Origin: Alloascoidea hylecoeti
Lineage: Eukaryota
DNA length: 64,000 bases
Direction of reading: 5' to 3'
NCBI GenBank assembly: GCA_001600815.1
Contig: BCKZ01000002.1
Coordinates: 763,454-827,453, forward strand
The position numbers and the translations under genes were made by a program. Numbering within the stretch: position 1 is the stretch's first letter; each line of letters begins with the position of its first letter. Positions 13,308 through 26,371 of the stretch are shown here, one piece after another. The notes beneath the pieces are model-generated. The model saw nothing but the letters and a program-made list of their open reading frames with translations, ran no database searches and was not told the origin of the DNA.

Positions 13308-14310
13308 TCAATAATGATACTCATCTTCGGATATTCCAGCCGTATTTTCATAACCAATATGGCTCCAAACATTTTGAACATTCTCTTCATTACTTAAAAA
13401 TTCCAATTCTTTTTCATTTTTAGCCAATAGTATTCCAACTACTCCTAATGAATTAATTGAAATTCCCTCATATGTTTCTTGTTTTCTTGGAACTAATAGA
13501 ATCCATCTTGTCGTCATTACAACATTAAATGAAATTCCTGAAGAACCTGAATCTCTTAATGTAGTTAATGTCCTAGATAGTGCAGTTATAAATAATTGAC
13601 CTAAAAGATCTTCATCAATTTTAATTTTTTCCGTTTCATTTGGAATTGGGACAATATAATTCGCAAATGGTACTTTTGTAGATTCTAATCTTGGCTTTTT
13701 AGGAGTTAATTCTTGAGTACCACCAACAAGTTCATCCGGGAATAAAGAAATATTTTTTTCAGTTAATGGCAAGAACTGAATATGTTTATGTGATTGCGAA
13801 GCACCGGATTCTTCACCACAATTATAAAAAGCAATGAATCTTTCACCTGATTGTTCATTGATTTGCTTCAAGATATTATATGTTGCAAGGAGTTCTTTAG
13901 GGTTTAATGGAGATGTTTGAGGTTTAAATTCTTTAGTGATACATAAGAAGTGATTAGGAATAACTGAAAATTTATTTAAAACTAAGGTGAATTCATCGGC
14001 ATACGTTGGTAATATGACTAATTTGGTATCAGGAGGCAAGAATGGATTAAATGGTTTAGATTCATCTTTCTTTGGCTTGGATTCAGATTTTTTACCAAGG
14101 CTCGGTGTTAAAGTTACCAGATACTATACATATGAGTTAACATTATAATAATATATTATACTTCAACGATCAACTTACAGGAATTTCCCCCTTAGTGAAA
14201 ACTTTAGAGGTGGAGTCAAAATAGAACAAATGACCAGATTCTCGAGCAGATTTAAAGGTCGAGACAAGAGTAGAATAGAATGATCCGGGAAGTAGATATT
14301 TAGAAGCCAT
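13308..14310 (-). CDS. APA2: Ap4A phosphorylase / ATP adenylyltransferase (Apa1/Apa2), 2 exons, 315 aa
   Basis: FNPFLPP, LNKFSVIPNHFL, FYNCGEESGASQSHKHIQF (HxHxQ). Exons 14179-14310 and 13308-14123; 55-nt intron GTAAGT..TGTTAAC..TAG. Confidence 0.9.
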
Positions 14311-14977
14311 TATTATATATTTCAATTGAAATTGTCAGAATCAAATAATTTCCAGTTGCAATTGTGTGGGTACAAAAGGTTGATCTAACAAGCTTATTTG
14401 CAATTGTGTGATGACATCATGTGATGGCTTAATAGAATGGTCATGACGATTATAGTGTACCATTTAAGTCTCATCAGGAAGCACCATTAATACGCCATCA
14501 CTCTCTTCTTTTAATTTAAGCCGAAGATGTGAATAAAATTTCCTAAATTCAAGTGCCAGGGTATTGTTGTAAATTGTAATTATAGTTAATAATTAACGTT
14601 TGGTTAATGTCAAAATTGGAAACTTGATCGAAGTTTTGCATGAGAAACTTCGGACTTGTCTCAAAAGGTTTAATAAAGAACGGATTTCTTGTCATTTAAA
14701 CTGAAAATGTAGCTATAGAGAAGGGTCTACTAATATAGTTATAGTGGTGCGCACATATGGTACCATGGCTATAAGTAACTCAAAAACTAAAACATTATAT
14801 TGCGATTATACGCTGATGATTCTGATCATGATAGTATGTAGATCTAGAACTAGTATGATACTATAATATTATATAGTTATATGATAGATATATACAACAT
14901 TAAGTTGGAACGCAAATTAACAGAAAGACAACATCAAAAAAAAAAAAGATTCAGTTAACTAATCATGATCATTTCTA

Positions 14978-16340
14978 TTAATCCAATTTCATCATAATTT
15001 TACTTGCCACACTTATCAACTCATTTTCTTCGCCAATGGATCTTAGAATTATTGAATCAATTTCATTTTCCAACAATTTATCATTCTGAGGTGTCACTTT
15101 CACATTCAAGACTCTATATGTATCTGTAATTATATAATCAAATGTATGTTTCTTTCGACTAATTAGACAACTGAAGTTAACTTGAATCAAATCTTCCTTT
15201 TCAGAAGCTGGTTGTTTAAAAAATTGTCGTTGATTACTCAATAATGGGATTTCAGTAATGCTTAGATTATCAACACTAGATTTGGGGACCAATTTATCGA
15301 TAACTTTATTTAAATATAAATACCAATCTCCTAATCTTTCTCTAGCGACTCTTCTTTTAACCGAAGAACTTAACAATTCGCCAACATTAGAATGATCACG
15401 AATATTACCACCTGAAGATAAATCACCACCGTTAACTCCTAAATGTAAATTTTTATTTTTAATACCTTCTTTTGCTAATTGTTCAACTTCATTTAAATGT
15501 TCATTTTCGATTTTTTCTTCATGAATTAATTTTTTTAAAATCGTTTCTGATTTATTTATATCATTTTCTAGTTTTATAATATTTTTCTTGGTTTTATCTT
15601 TCAATATTGAATCATTTTCAATGGCTTCTCTTAATGCTTCAACTGAATGACCACGAGAAGAATCATAATCATATTTATCTAATGAATTTAAAAATTGTTC
15701 TTCATCTTTTGAATTTGTCATAAATGATTCATTTTCCAAAATTTTAATTTCCTTTAACATTTCTGCATTATCATTCAATAATATTTTTGATTCCTCATTA
15801 ATTTTATCAAATTTATTATATTTTAAAACATTGTCTTTTCCTAGATCTATTAAATTATTTAAACGATCATTAACTGTTTTTTTCTTGGATTTTAATATTA
15901 TTTTTAAATTTTTGTTTTTATTTTCAAGATCTGTGATATGGGATTGTTCAATTAATAAGGGTGGATCAGCAAGTAAAGCTCTTAAGAATTTTTCTTTCGT
16001 TTCTTGTTCGATATAAGTAAATTTCAACTTTGAGAATAAGTCCTATATTTATATTACAAAGTTAGTGAATGAATAAGATGAAAAAAATAGTAGGTATACC
16101 GTTAATATTTACCCTTTGTTCTTTGGTGTATTCACTGATAGACCTAGGATCTTCTTTAAAATCATCATCATCATCATTTGTTTTAATGGTATCTTTCGTC
16201 TCATCATTATCATTGTTTATATTTTCATTCCGTCGTAGTTGTCTCTTCTTTTTGGCATGTCTTTCAAACTCTTCACGAATTGATAAAATGGAAATATCTG
16301 AGTTATTTAAAGCGTTATATTCCGTTGAAGTTTCAATCAT
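14978..16340 (-). CDS. Kinetochore protein Sos7/Kre28-like (Spc105 complex), 2 exons, ~430 aa
   Basis: DLFSKLKFTYIEQETKEKFLRALLADPP matches the Sos7/Kre28 core motif; coiled coils follow. Exons 16113-16340 and 14978-16042; 70-nt intron GTAAAT..CACTAAC..TAG. Confidence 0.75.
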
Positions 16341-16495
16341 CTCTATCACTACAAATATATTCAAAATCAAGAGGTTTGATAGAAAAGGTAAACATCATAT
16401 CTTTTGTTGTTGTCATACCAACTATTTCAAACACCCATACACACACATAGCAATATCTTTTTTCCATTTTTATTTTATATGCATGGACCAAAAGT

Positions 16496-17803
16496 ATGAG
16501 CAGCGACGTGTCTGTGCGAAGTCCCAAAGTCGTGTTTGATATTCTGAAGGACCCGTCTGATTCTGCAGCTGGAATATGGTCTGAAATCATCCAGAAAAGT
16601 CATAGGCCATATCCAATATCATACACAGCCGTTGCTGATCAAAAATATCAATATTCTAATGGCAGTATAAAGCCAATTGTAAGGAGATACACATATGAAG
16701 ATGTTAAGGAGATACGGGATGCTTATCAAAAAGTGGTGATGCTTGAAAAGTACATTAAAACAATTGACCGGAGGGCACGAGCACGATCAAACAATATATT
16801 ATACAAGGAAGGCAGGTTGCTAGGGCGCAGGAAAAAGTCCAAAATAAATACAACTCCATCCATTTATATAACTTCTACTGGTACAAATCAGCAATATTCT
16901 TCTGGTTCTACAGCATCACACAGCAAAACACAAATGAAGTCTGATCATTCATATAGTTATATCACTCCAATCCAAAGTCCAAGGTCATATTCAGATTCAG
17001 GTTCCGTGGCCGGGTTTGCCTCTGGCTCTAGATCTGCAATTGTGTCTGGCTCAGGAATACATTCAACCACAATCTTGAAATCCGACTCTCCGAATCCTCG
17101 TTTTACACAGCTTGTTAATACAAATAATACTTTGGCCGCTAAAAAGAAAGGTCTTAAGAACTTAATAATATCTATTGTTACTTTCCCATTCATGAAGATA
17201 TCCCCCAAATATGAAGAGAAATTTCTTGAATTATTAGAAATTTTAAATACAATTTTTGATAATATTTATATATTAACGAAATTAAAGATTGTTAAAAATG
17301 AAAAACTTGCTAATTTTGCTTCAAATCAAGGTTCAAAAGCTTGGTTTATAATTATTTTATTACAAATTAGACAACAAATTTCAAAATTATTAGACGTCAA
17401 CTTTCAATTGAAAAACCTTAATTTTGATGAAGAAATATTTCAAAAAAGAAAAAGAAGAGTACAAGATATGCAAATTTATAGTGTTACTTCGGAATTAGTC
17501 CAAAGAAAAGTTTCAAGAAATTATATTCCTTTAACTGCTCGAATACCACAAACTAATAAAACTAATGTTGCTTTAAAAGCTCATAAAACTGAAAAGGAAA
17601 ATGAAGCATTACAAACTTATTTACAATTAATGGATAACAAAGTAACTGTTAATATTGAATTACTTTCGCTATTTAATGATTTGGCTTGTTGCGGTATTGA
17701 CGTTTTTAAATTAAAATTTGTTCCTGGTTGGGTTCAAACAATGTTAGGCTTCTTATCAGCATTATTGAACATTTACAGAATGAATAAAAACTCGGCGGAA
17801 TAA
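16496..17803 (+). CDS. Pex11-fold peroxisomal membrane protein, Pex36-like
   Basis: C-terminal half has the Pex11-family pattern (FDNIYILTKL...SKAWFIIILL...NDL...LGFLSALLNIYRM). N-terminal SHRPYPIS motif recalls Komagataella Pex36 (from memory, unverified). Confidence 0.55.
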   Translation: MSSDVSVRSPKVVFDILKDPSDSAAGIWSEIIQKSHRPYPISYTAVADQKYQYSNGSIKPIVRRYTYEDVKEIRDAYQKVVMLEKYIKTIDRRARARSNNILYKEGRLLGRRKKSKINTTPSIYITSTGTNQQYSSGSTASHSKTQMKSDHSYSYITPIQSPRSYSDSGSVAGFASGSRSAIVSGSGIHSTTILKSDSPNPRFTQLVNTNNTLAAKKKGLKNLIISIVTFPFMKISPKYEEKFLELLEILNTIFDNIYILTKLKIVKNEKLANFASNQGSKAWFIIILLQIRQQISKLLDVNFQLKNLNFDEEIFQKRKRRVQDMQIYSVTSELVQRKVSRNYIPLTARIPQTNKTNVALKAHKTEKENEALQTYLQLMDNKVTVNIELLSLFNDLACCGIDVFKLKFVPGWVQTMLGFLSALLNIYRMNKNSAE

Positions 17804-18207
17804 TGAATTGGTTTTGAATTTACTAGGGGTCATTTGAATTCTCATATATATCTTAAATCTATCTATATATAGAGTGACAGTATCAATATTGTATCAATAT
17901 AATGTTAGTGCAACTATCTTTTCTTCTTTTTATTTCAATATGTAGGTACATTTTAAATATGTTACATATATTAGTATTGATATCGATCAGGAGCGAATCT
18001 CTTTTTAACATTTATTTATTCTTTCATTCTCAGCTATAAAGGGTCTAGACCTCTTTTTCCCTTGATATTGATTATAATACGAAGAGTTACTCATCTCGTG
18101 ATAACTACTATAAATGATCGTTTCATCAAAAAGCTGCCTATAAGTGGCTTAAGCTCTCCGTTTGTTTACCATAGCGCTATAGTTATAACAGTCATAGTTC
18201 AAGAATT

Positions 18208-18633
18208 ATGACAGCTGCGGATTCAGATCGTAATGATCCTTACATGCCTCCCCATGAAACAGGGGCTGATAAAGACAGAACCATTGTAAGCTTCATATAT
18301 TTGCCAGTTGGCTTCTCCCTTGAAACTGCTACAATAATCATATTGAAGTTTACAAATAATAATAGTTGAAATCACTAATATGAATATAATATTAACATTG
18401 AATTAACCTTATAGCAAGATGCTGCCTTTTCAAATGCAATTTTAACCACCGGTATAGGCTTAGGTTTAGGCGTAGCAGCATCGGTGATATTATTTAAAAG
18501 ACGGATTTGGCCTGTATGGTTTGGACTTGGGTTTGGAATAGGAAGAGGCTATTCAGAGGGACATTATATATTAAAGAGTCAGGGTGCTTATATAGTGCCT
18601 CCTAAAAGTGTTTGGAGTAGCAATTCAAAATAA
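18208..18633 (+). CDS. MIC10: MICOS subunit Mic10 (Mos1) homolog, 2 exons, 98 aa; not in ORF track
   Basis: Exon 18208-18285, intron 18286-18414 (GTAAGC..TAG), exon 18415-18633 encoding QDAAFSNAILTTGIGLGLGVAASVILFKRRIWPVWFGLGFGIGRGYSEG, with GxGxGxG TM motifs flanking FKRR. Confidence 0.85.
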
Positions 18634-19573
18634 GCTTAACTGTTGATGATTAATATTAATGTTAACGTTATTAATTATTATATTTTCTCTTGTTTATGAA
18701 GTACTAGTATTTAATTTACGAAGATAATGAGGGTCATAAGTCGCTATTGATTGATCAGATATTATGCCATAACAAAATCAACTCATAATCAATGTTATTT
18801 AAAGAAGTTTCATATATTATTTTCATTCATACACGAAAAGTTGGTAAACAAAAAATAAAACGAGAGGGTTATTTTCTAATAGTTAGTAATGGTCATTGAT
18901 AGAATAGATCGGGAATTCTCTTGATCTCCTTTTGCGGCTTTTCTTTCAAGGAAAAAGCTTAGGATAATTGGTAAACGAAACAATTAAGATTAACTACCCC
19001 TTGCCACGCCGGCTGCGGTTAGATGCACCATAATGGAGATCTAGATCCACTTGCAAATTTGTTGCCGAGGTTCTTAAATCCGGATCCTGTAATTAATTGA
19101 ACAATTGTTGGTCATAATTTTCATGATCATAAACAATTTTCAAAAAAAAGATGGAAGTCTTGGTCAGGTGTATATTAAGGGTGCACGTGTGGATTTACGT
19201 TTGGGATAATTTAATTATTAAAGCTTAAGGATATGTTTAACTGTATATGTAACATAACTATATATATTATAAGGTAATAGTGAATATTTAGTTACTTACT
19301 ACCGCTGTTAGTTCAAATCAGACTTTTAGCTAGATCTAGATGTAAAATATACTTATATAATCTTCATATATGTACATAATCAATTCCAAGAATTTATTCT
19401 ATGATATAGGCCTATAGGCCTATATTTACAATGAGTATTGTAAAAAAGTAAAAATCGAAAATCCCATCCAGTTGCAATTGCGATTTAGAGATCTGTTGTT
19501 GCCCCTAAGCTTATTAATATTATTAGATATTCAGCATATTGGAATTGATATATTTTCCTTCTATTTCTACATA

Positions 19574-19753
19574 GGGTCAGTCACTGAGAGTTCAGAAAAT
19601 CATCTAGATCTCTAAATTTCTTTCTCCGTAAAACTTAACTTTTTATAATACCTAGCTCCTATACCAAAATGGTCTATCGCAAGACCAAAAGAAAGGACTA
19701 GAGAAACTGAGTGATGTTCAATTAGTACTTAGGGGTTGGTATGTAACTTACCC
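19574..19753. mobile_element. MITE family A, copy 1 (~180 bp, TA-flanked)
   Basis: TA|GGGTCAG...TTGGTATGTAACTTACCC|TA; interior alignable to 20540-20718. Confidence 0.7.
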
Positions 19754-20539
19754 TATAGGTAGGCTTATATTAAAGGTATTACTAATGATGATTATATTAT
19801 GAAAAGAGTGTTTAAGTTGTTTCCTGTACATGCTCGTCATGATTAATAATTAATAAACGTTAACAATATCAATTCTAAACAGTGCTACCTTTTCCGATTC
19901 TCACTTTATCAAATTTATCAGGTCACTAAGGTGGATATATACTAGAGAAAAAAAGCCGCTTGTTATGACCAGATATCTGTATTTCTTATATCTATGGATT
20001 TCCGACGGGTAATGGGATTAATATTGGAATTGATATAATTTGTGATGGTGGTTGCCAGGTGAGCCGAGGAAGCGAAGCTCAGTTTATTGAAATTTATAGT
20101 TTAAATTTTCACTTACTCTACATATAAAATATCTGAAAAATCTAGATCAATAATTATAAATGAAATATGCAATCATTAATATACAGTGTTATACACTATT
20201 ATACAGCATGAATCATGCAAATTAGTCCATATTTTGATCTAATTGAGATTATAATTGGATTTGAGGATTAGATGAACGATATATATATAATATAATTGAC
20301 CTCTTCAAACTTTAAGACTTAAAATTTTTTAAAAGCACACACATATAAGCAGCATATGCACATGAATATTAAACATGTGATTACGTAAGATGGTCTTGAT
20401 TTTTTTCCTCCCCCAAAAAGTTAATGAAGAAAAATATCCAATCTCTAGATCTCATTGCTAAATTCTAATAGTTACATGAAACCTATAAACTTTAATTCAA
20501 ATTCAAGAATATATTTGGTTCAATCTTTTACTATGTATA

Positions 20540-20718
20540 GGGTAAGTTACGTAACCATGAGTTCAGAAGATCATCGAAATTTTGTGCCCCATAAAACCTA
20601 ACTTTTTAAAATGCCCTTAGCTTCGTCCCAAAATGGCGTAATGCAAAATCAAAAAAAGACCCAGAAACTGAGAACTGCTCAAAATTTTAGAGGACGCGGT
20701 TGGTACGAAAGTTACCTG
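20540..20718. mobile_element. MITE family A, copy 2
   Basis: TA|GGGTAAGTTACGTAACCA...TTGGTACGAAAGTTACCTG. Shares GAGTTCAGAA.ATCATC, TAAAAC.TAACTTTTTA, CCAAAATGG and AGAAACTGAG with copy 1. Confidence 0.7.
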
Positions 20719-23619
20719 TTAATATGTAGACCTATCTATATACAACATATACTATAGGCCTATAACTATAACATATAACAGCTCGGCGTTTACTCCAAGT
20801 AAGGGATCTAGATGTCATTGACTTAAGTTTTATAATATTGATTAGATGAAGCTTAAGTGGTAAGGGAAAATATTCGATTACAAGGTTCATTGATCACTGA
20901 TCTCAATAAATTTATAAATATAAATCACAATATATAACTTATGGATGTATATATTGTCCTTTGAATTTGATGTTAATGACCAATCGAAAAATGAGAAAAT
21001 GAAAAACTTTACGGATTCTAATTAATATTAATATTGTAACTATAGGCAAGCGTTAAATTTAAAGGCTATAAGAGAGAAAATTTGCAACATATAATTAATC
21101 ATTAATTATTCTATTAAAGCCTGGGTAATTGAATTCATTCCAGTAAGCGGAATTATTTACTTAAAGCAAATATATAGCCTATAATCACATTTATCAGGTG
21201 TTGAAATCAGCGTTAGAATGGGTGTATTTTGTTTTTGACGGCTCGATTCAATTGCAATCAAGAGCAAATGAGACAGAGGGGCTATTAAGTTATACGGGAA
21301 TCAACTGCAATCAATTAATCTTCGATTGAAAATCTCTATACTTAATATGAAGTTCGTGAATACAATTGCAACATTGTTCTAATTATAATTACACTATTCG
21401 ATTATTTTTTGCCATTGGGATCTGAAGCTTTTAATTTCTAAGGCCCGTAAAATTATAAGTACCGTCGTACCGATAATAAATTATTAAAGTTAGTTATTTA
21501 CTACAACATTTCATCTTATAATTAAATATCCAAAGTCTTCCATTGTTATAATTGAGACTTCAATATCCATAATTATTTATATGAAACGAGTTTATCATTG
21601 GGTCATAATTATAATCATGCTTGCAATTGTTTGTGATTGTTTCTACATGTCTTCATCCCGAGCTCATATAAGTTATACCCCTGAACTACAGATTCCTAGA
21701 AATACATGTAATTTATTCGCAGTAAATACCATTTCTTAATGATTTATGGTTCATGAAACATGTTTAAATAATTTATAACTAACAACGTATATGAATATGT
21801 TTAAATTTCCTTTCAACCGGTTATTAATACTGAATTGAATTGGTTGAATTGTCACTCCTTAATAATACCTTTTGGAAACATAATGGAGTTTTAGGTACCG
21901 CTATATATAGTGTAAATTTATAGATCTAACAAATACTAGCTGATAAAAAGTTCCAAGTGTCATATATTACAATCATATTTAATATTATTTTACAGTTTAC
22001 GAAGGTTGGCAGAAGCGCTAGACTATTACTAGTAATCATGTAATATTTCAATTACAAACATTACATCGAATGGTCAACAATAACTTAACAGCTAGACTCA
22101 CTGATCATGAGAATTGCCATGGACGTTATATGGATTTAAATGCAGACTACATATACGTAACCATTGGCCAGATGTGGACTTTATATAAGTTATACTCGCA
22201 AATTAACCGTTTATCTTTAAAGTATAATACAATATTGTATTTAGTGTAAATATATGTTATTACAAATATATGATAAAAAATATATATTATAGCAGCGCGG
22301 CTATAATTTTAAGCTTTATATGGAAATCCATCTAGGACTGTTCCCGATGGATGTGTAAGAGAAGTTAAAGCTTAAGCCTAAGCTTAACTAGCTGCATTCA
22401 ACAACAGCCTTACAGGGTTATTTAGTGACATATTATATAATCCCGCTACTTGTCAATTGAGAACACCAGGGAGTTATGTGTTAACCTACAAGTACGAGAA
22501 AATGCCAATCGTTCTTTCTGTTCCAATTGAAACTGCCAATTACGTGTGAACTTGTGTTAAAGACAAACTTAATAGGAAGATATATAAAGCATTCATTCAG
22601 TACATGTGTAGATTTCGAATTCTGTAGAACCACCAATGGTCCACCATGTAACTTATACCCAGGCTTGTGCTTCTCTCAAAAATTATGGAAGGGAATACCA
22701 AGGATATTTATCGAAAATTTGTAATTGTGATGGTTTTGGTTATGTTCAGGTGCAGTAGTTGAGCTTTAAGTTTGATGAACATTCTTTCATTGAATGATTA
22801 TTAAAGCCGAAGAGAATCCTCAACGTATAGTTTAAATTGTTTGCATATTTCAATTTAGTAACCATTATGAATATAAATGAATTGCATGAACAAGAAATTC
22901 AGAAAACAAGAATTACAGTGATTACACACAAGAGTTATGTGAACACTCCTTGTAAAATACAATTAAACTTTTTTAAAATTGATACAGAGCGCACAAAACC
23001 TAGTTGGTTGGAGAGATCTAGACTGACAGCTGCAATGAATATGCTTTGTGTTCAGAGTATAATATTCGATGCCATAGAGATGTCAACTCAAAATCCTCAT
23101 AGTCAAAGAAACAAAACGGTGTCACCAATGATTCAAACTTATATTAATAAACTTATATCAATTAGATTTGATTTGTGTAGATGTAAAAGTTAAAAGTTAG
23201 AAGTTATTTAAACCAGAAACACACCTGAAAACCACCTGACACAACATGAAACATGAAAGTTGATTTATGGATATGAATATGAATTAAATATTAATATCGA
23301 TGTAAATGATCGAAGCACAGGAAGACTCCGTATGCACAGTTTTCTAGTTGTAACTTGTTCTAGATCTGAAGATTATATAAACGTCGATATCAATTATTTT
23401 ACGATATCTTGAGTGTGTCGGAATTAAATTTCAGGGTTCTAACTTATAATTTAAAATTTTCCTTTAGCCGTAAATTACTATACAGAACTGAAAAAGTATA
23501 TATTAGATCCAATCCCACTTCAATGCCCTACTGAGATTTCTTTCATTCTTCACACTCTTTTTCCACGCCACAAGGACATCAAACAATCGCTAATTACATA
23601 ATACTTTCGCTTCTTTATA

Positions 23620-24519
23620 ATGTTTAAACGTCAAATGTCTTTGCGCCGTGTCAAGTCGACTTTCCACAAAGCGAAAAGTCTGACCATCTCGATACCTAAA
23701 TCGTACTCAAATGCAGATCTAAAAGATTTTGTTGCATTACCTGAAGACTCTCATGTCGTCTCCGAAAATGTCACAACAAAATCAGGTTCAACCTACATCC
23801 TTCGGACAAATAAATATGATGATTTAGAAGAATGTGAATCTTCTTCCGCTGAGTCAATTCACTCCACATCTGATACGAGTATAGAGTTAACCTCAGCAGC
23901 TTCAAATTCTACTATCGTTACAACTCCTAATACGAGCCCTCTTTTCTCGGGGAAGATACGTAATACACTATTAAGATCTGCTTCACGATCACGGTCGCTG
24001 TCTAGGAGGTCCTCTAGCTCAAATAATATCGCAAGGTTTAACACTAATTCAAAGAGGGGGTCCATCTCCTGTGCTTCAACTGTTTCGGTAGATTCAACCC
24101 AAACCACTAACCAATCAATCGATGAAGCGCCTACATTTAGATCTTGTCTAACACAAATAGTCGAGCCACCAACTAGTTCCAATTCTATCGAACCGTCATA
24201 CGGATCACCCTTATCCCCTAAATATAGTTTTTCCTCTCAATCTGATGTTGATAGCAAATATGTTCAAACTTCCAATTCCATGACTAACCCTGGAGAATAT
24301 TGTCATCGACATGAATCGTCTATTTCTTCTTCTTATTATGGCTCTATTAAGTCTCCTACACCAGAAGATAACTGGTTCAATGATGTCAGGCATGATGATT
24401 CCTATATGAATCCTATTCATGAATTAATGGCCGATGAAATGGCTATGAAGATTTTGGAAAAGGTTGGTGTTGAACAATATATCGAAGAAATTAGGACCAC
24501 TAGTGGCTGGTACCTCTAA
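23620..24519 (+). CDS. Ser/Thr-rich low-complexity protein of unknown function
   Basis: 299-aa ORF with coding-like GC in AT-rich surroundings and ATAATG start context; no recognised domain. Confidence 0.75.
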   Translation: MFKRQMSLRRVKSTFHKAKSLTISIPKSYSNADLKDFVALPEDSHVVSENVTTKSGSTYILRTNKYDDLEECESSSAESIHSTSDTSIELTSAASNSTIVTTPNTSPLFSGKIRNTLLRSASRSRSLSRRSSSSNNIARFNTNSKRGSISCASTVSVDSTQTTNQSIDEAPTFRSCLTQIVEPPTSSNSIEPSYGSPLSPKYSFSSQSDVDSKYVQTSNSMTNPGEYCHRHESSISSSYYGSIKSPTPEDNWFNDVRHDDSYMNPIHELMADEMAMKILEKVGVEQYIEEIRTTSGWYL

Positions 24520-26196
24520 AATTATTGAAATTTAAATTTAATTTGCTTTTTTTATTTTTTTTTCTGTTTTTGTCTGGGTTTTAAAGACGTTTTGTTTTTG
24601 GGTTAAATTGTTTGTCTATAGCTAAAAGAATATGAGTTATTCATATTCATGTCATTCCTTGGTTCTATATTTCATGATTCTGTTGTTGCTTTAATTTATC
24701 TTTATAGTTATTGAACGTTTTCGGTGATAGCATTCCTTTAAAAATCACTTTGCTTTTTGGTTACATATGTCGTTACTACAATGGGAAGATACCTTCGTTT
24801 TCAATTTTCAATTACAATTGTTTTCGTTTTATCAATCAAAATTTTTATTTCTTTTCGTTTGATGCCTATTGATTTTACTTATTTAAATTATATATACATA
24901 TTTTACATGTTTTTATTAAGTTGTTTTAATTCATTTTAATTTTTTCTTAATCATTCATTTAAATTTTATATTATATATTATCTTAATTGTCCAAAATCTT
25001 TTATATTTACGTTTTCGGTCTTGTTTATAATATAATATATGTATATATACTTATGTGATTAACTACTTTTATTCCCTTAAGATTAATGGTATTGAAAAGA
25101 AATTGATTACTTTTCCGCTATTAATTGTTTTGGTTCACATCTATTTGTGATCAAATACGAAATATTTGTTGAGTAGCCACTAGCTACTCTTATTACACTT
25201 TAACTATTTGCTGGCTCAACTTATAATCAAATTATTGTATAGGCTATGTAAAGTGTTCTATTAATTAATATTCCAAGTGAGTGTTTATTTATTTATTCAA
25301 TCCAGATGAATCTCTCAATGGCATTGCATAGAATTGTTGAGCTCGGCCGATTAACGTTTTGTAAATTTAATCTATCTTTTAATTTGCATTCGATAGTTCT
25401 ATCTTTTAATTTTCAATTGATAGTTCTTTGAATTTCAACTCAACTTTTATAGGATTACATTGAATTGGCCAATTTGCCAATTGATAGTGGCGGTATCTCA
25501 TCAGTCAAACATCAAATTCAAATGAAGATAAAATTGCAAATTAGTGATTATAAGCTGCATAATTAAAATCAATCAGTTGAAAGATAAGTCTATCAATTAG
25601 TTAGAATTGCAATGATTTTATTGTAATATTGTAAATTGTAAATCAGTTTGTAATATTTTATCTACATAGAGCTGTGAATATACTTTTTGGGGGTACTTCT
25701 AATGATCATGATATTAACATGGAAATTTGATGGAACTGGGATATCCTTGACCATGAAACGACCCTTGGATTGATTGAATGTTAATTAATCTTAAAATGCC
25801 AAAATAAAAATACCAATATATTGGCGATTATCTTAACATCCATGAAATTAATGATGGCATATAATATTCAAGTTGACCGTGGGGCGTGTAAAAGATATTA
25901 ATTGTAGTCCAACTGTAAATTGTATTATACCGGTAGATAATCTAGTAGGAGAAGTTCAATGCTAGTAGAGAATGTTATTTTTATTGTTTTCTTTTTGTTC
26001 TACAGTTTGTTGTGTAAGGATTCTATAATCAGGATCAGAATCTAATTACATGTATATGTCCAAATGAATCAGTAAAGTGTTTATCATGAGCCTACCTAAG
26101 ATAGACTCCTCACATCAAAACAGTTGTACTTAAAAGCCGCAAACACATTTCGTTTGTGGGAATCTAGCAATCTACACTGATTCTACAGACTGTTTG

Positions 26197-26371
26197 NNNN
26201 NNNNNNNNNNNNNNNNNNNNNNNNNNNNNNNNNNNNNNNNNNNNNNNNNNNNNNNNNNNNNNNNNNNNNNNNNNNNNNNNNNNNNNNNNNNNNNNNNNNN
26301 NNNNNNNNNNNNNNNNNNNNNNNNNNNNNNNNNNNNNNNNNNNNNNNNNNNNNNNNNNNNNNNNNNNNNNN
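26197..26371. other. Assembly gap (175 N)
   Basis: Run of N. Confidence 1.
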
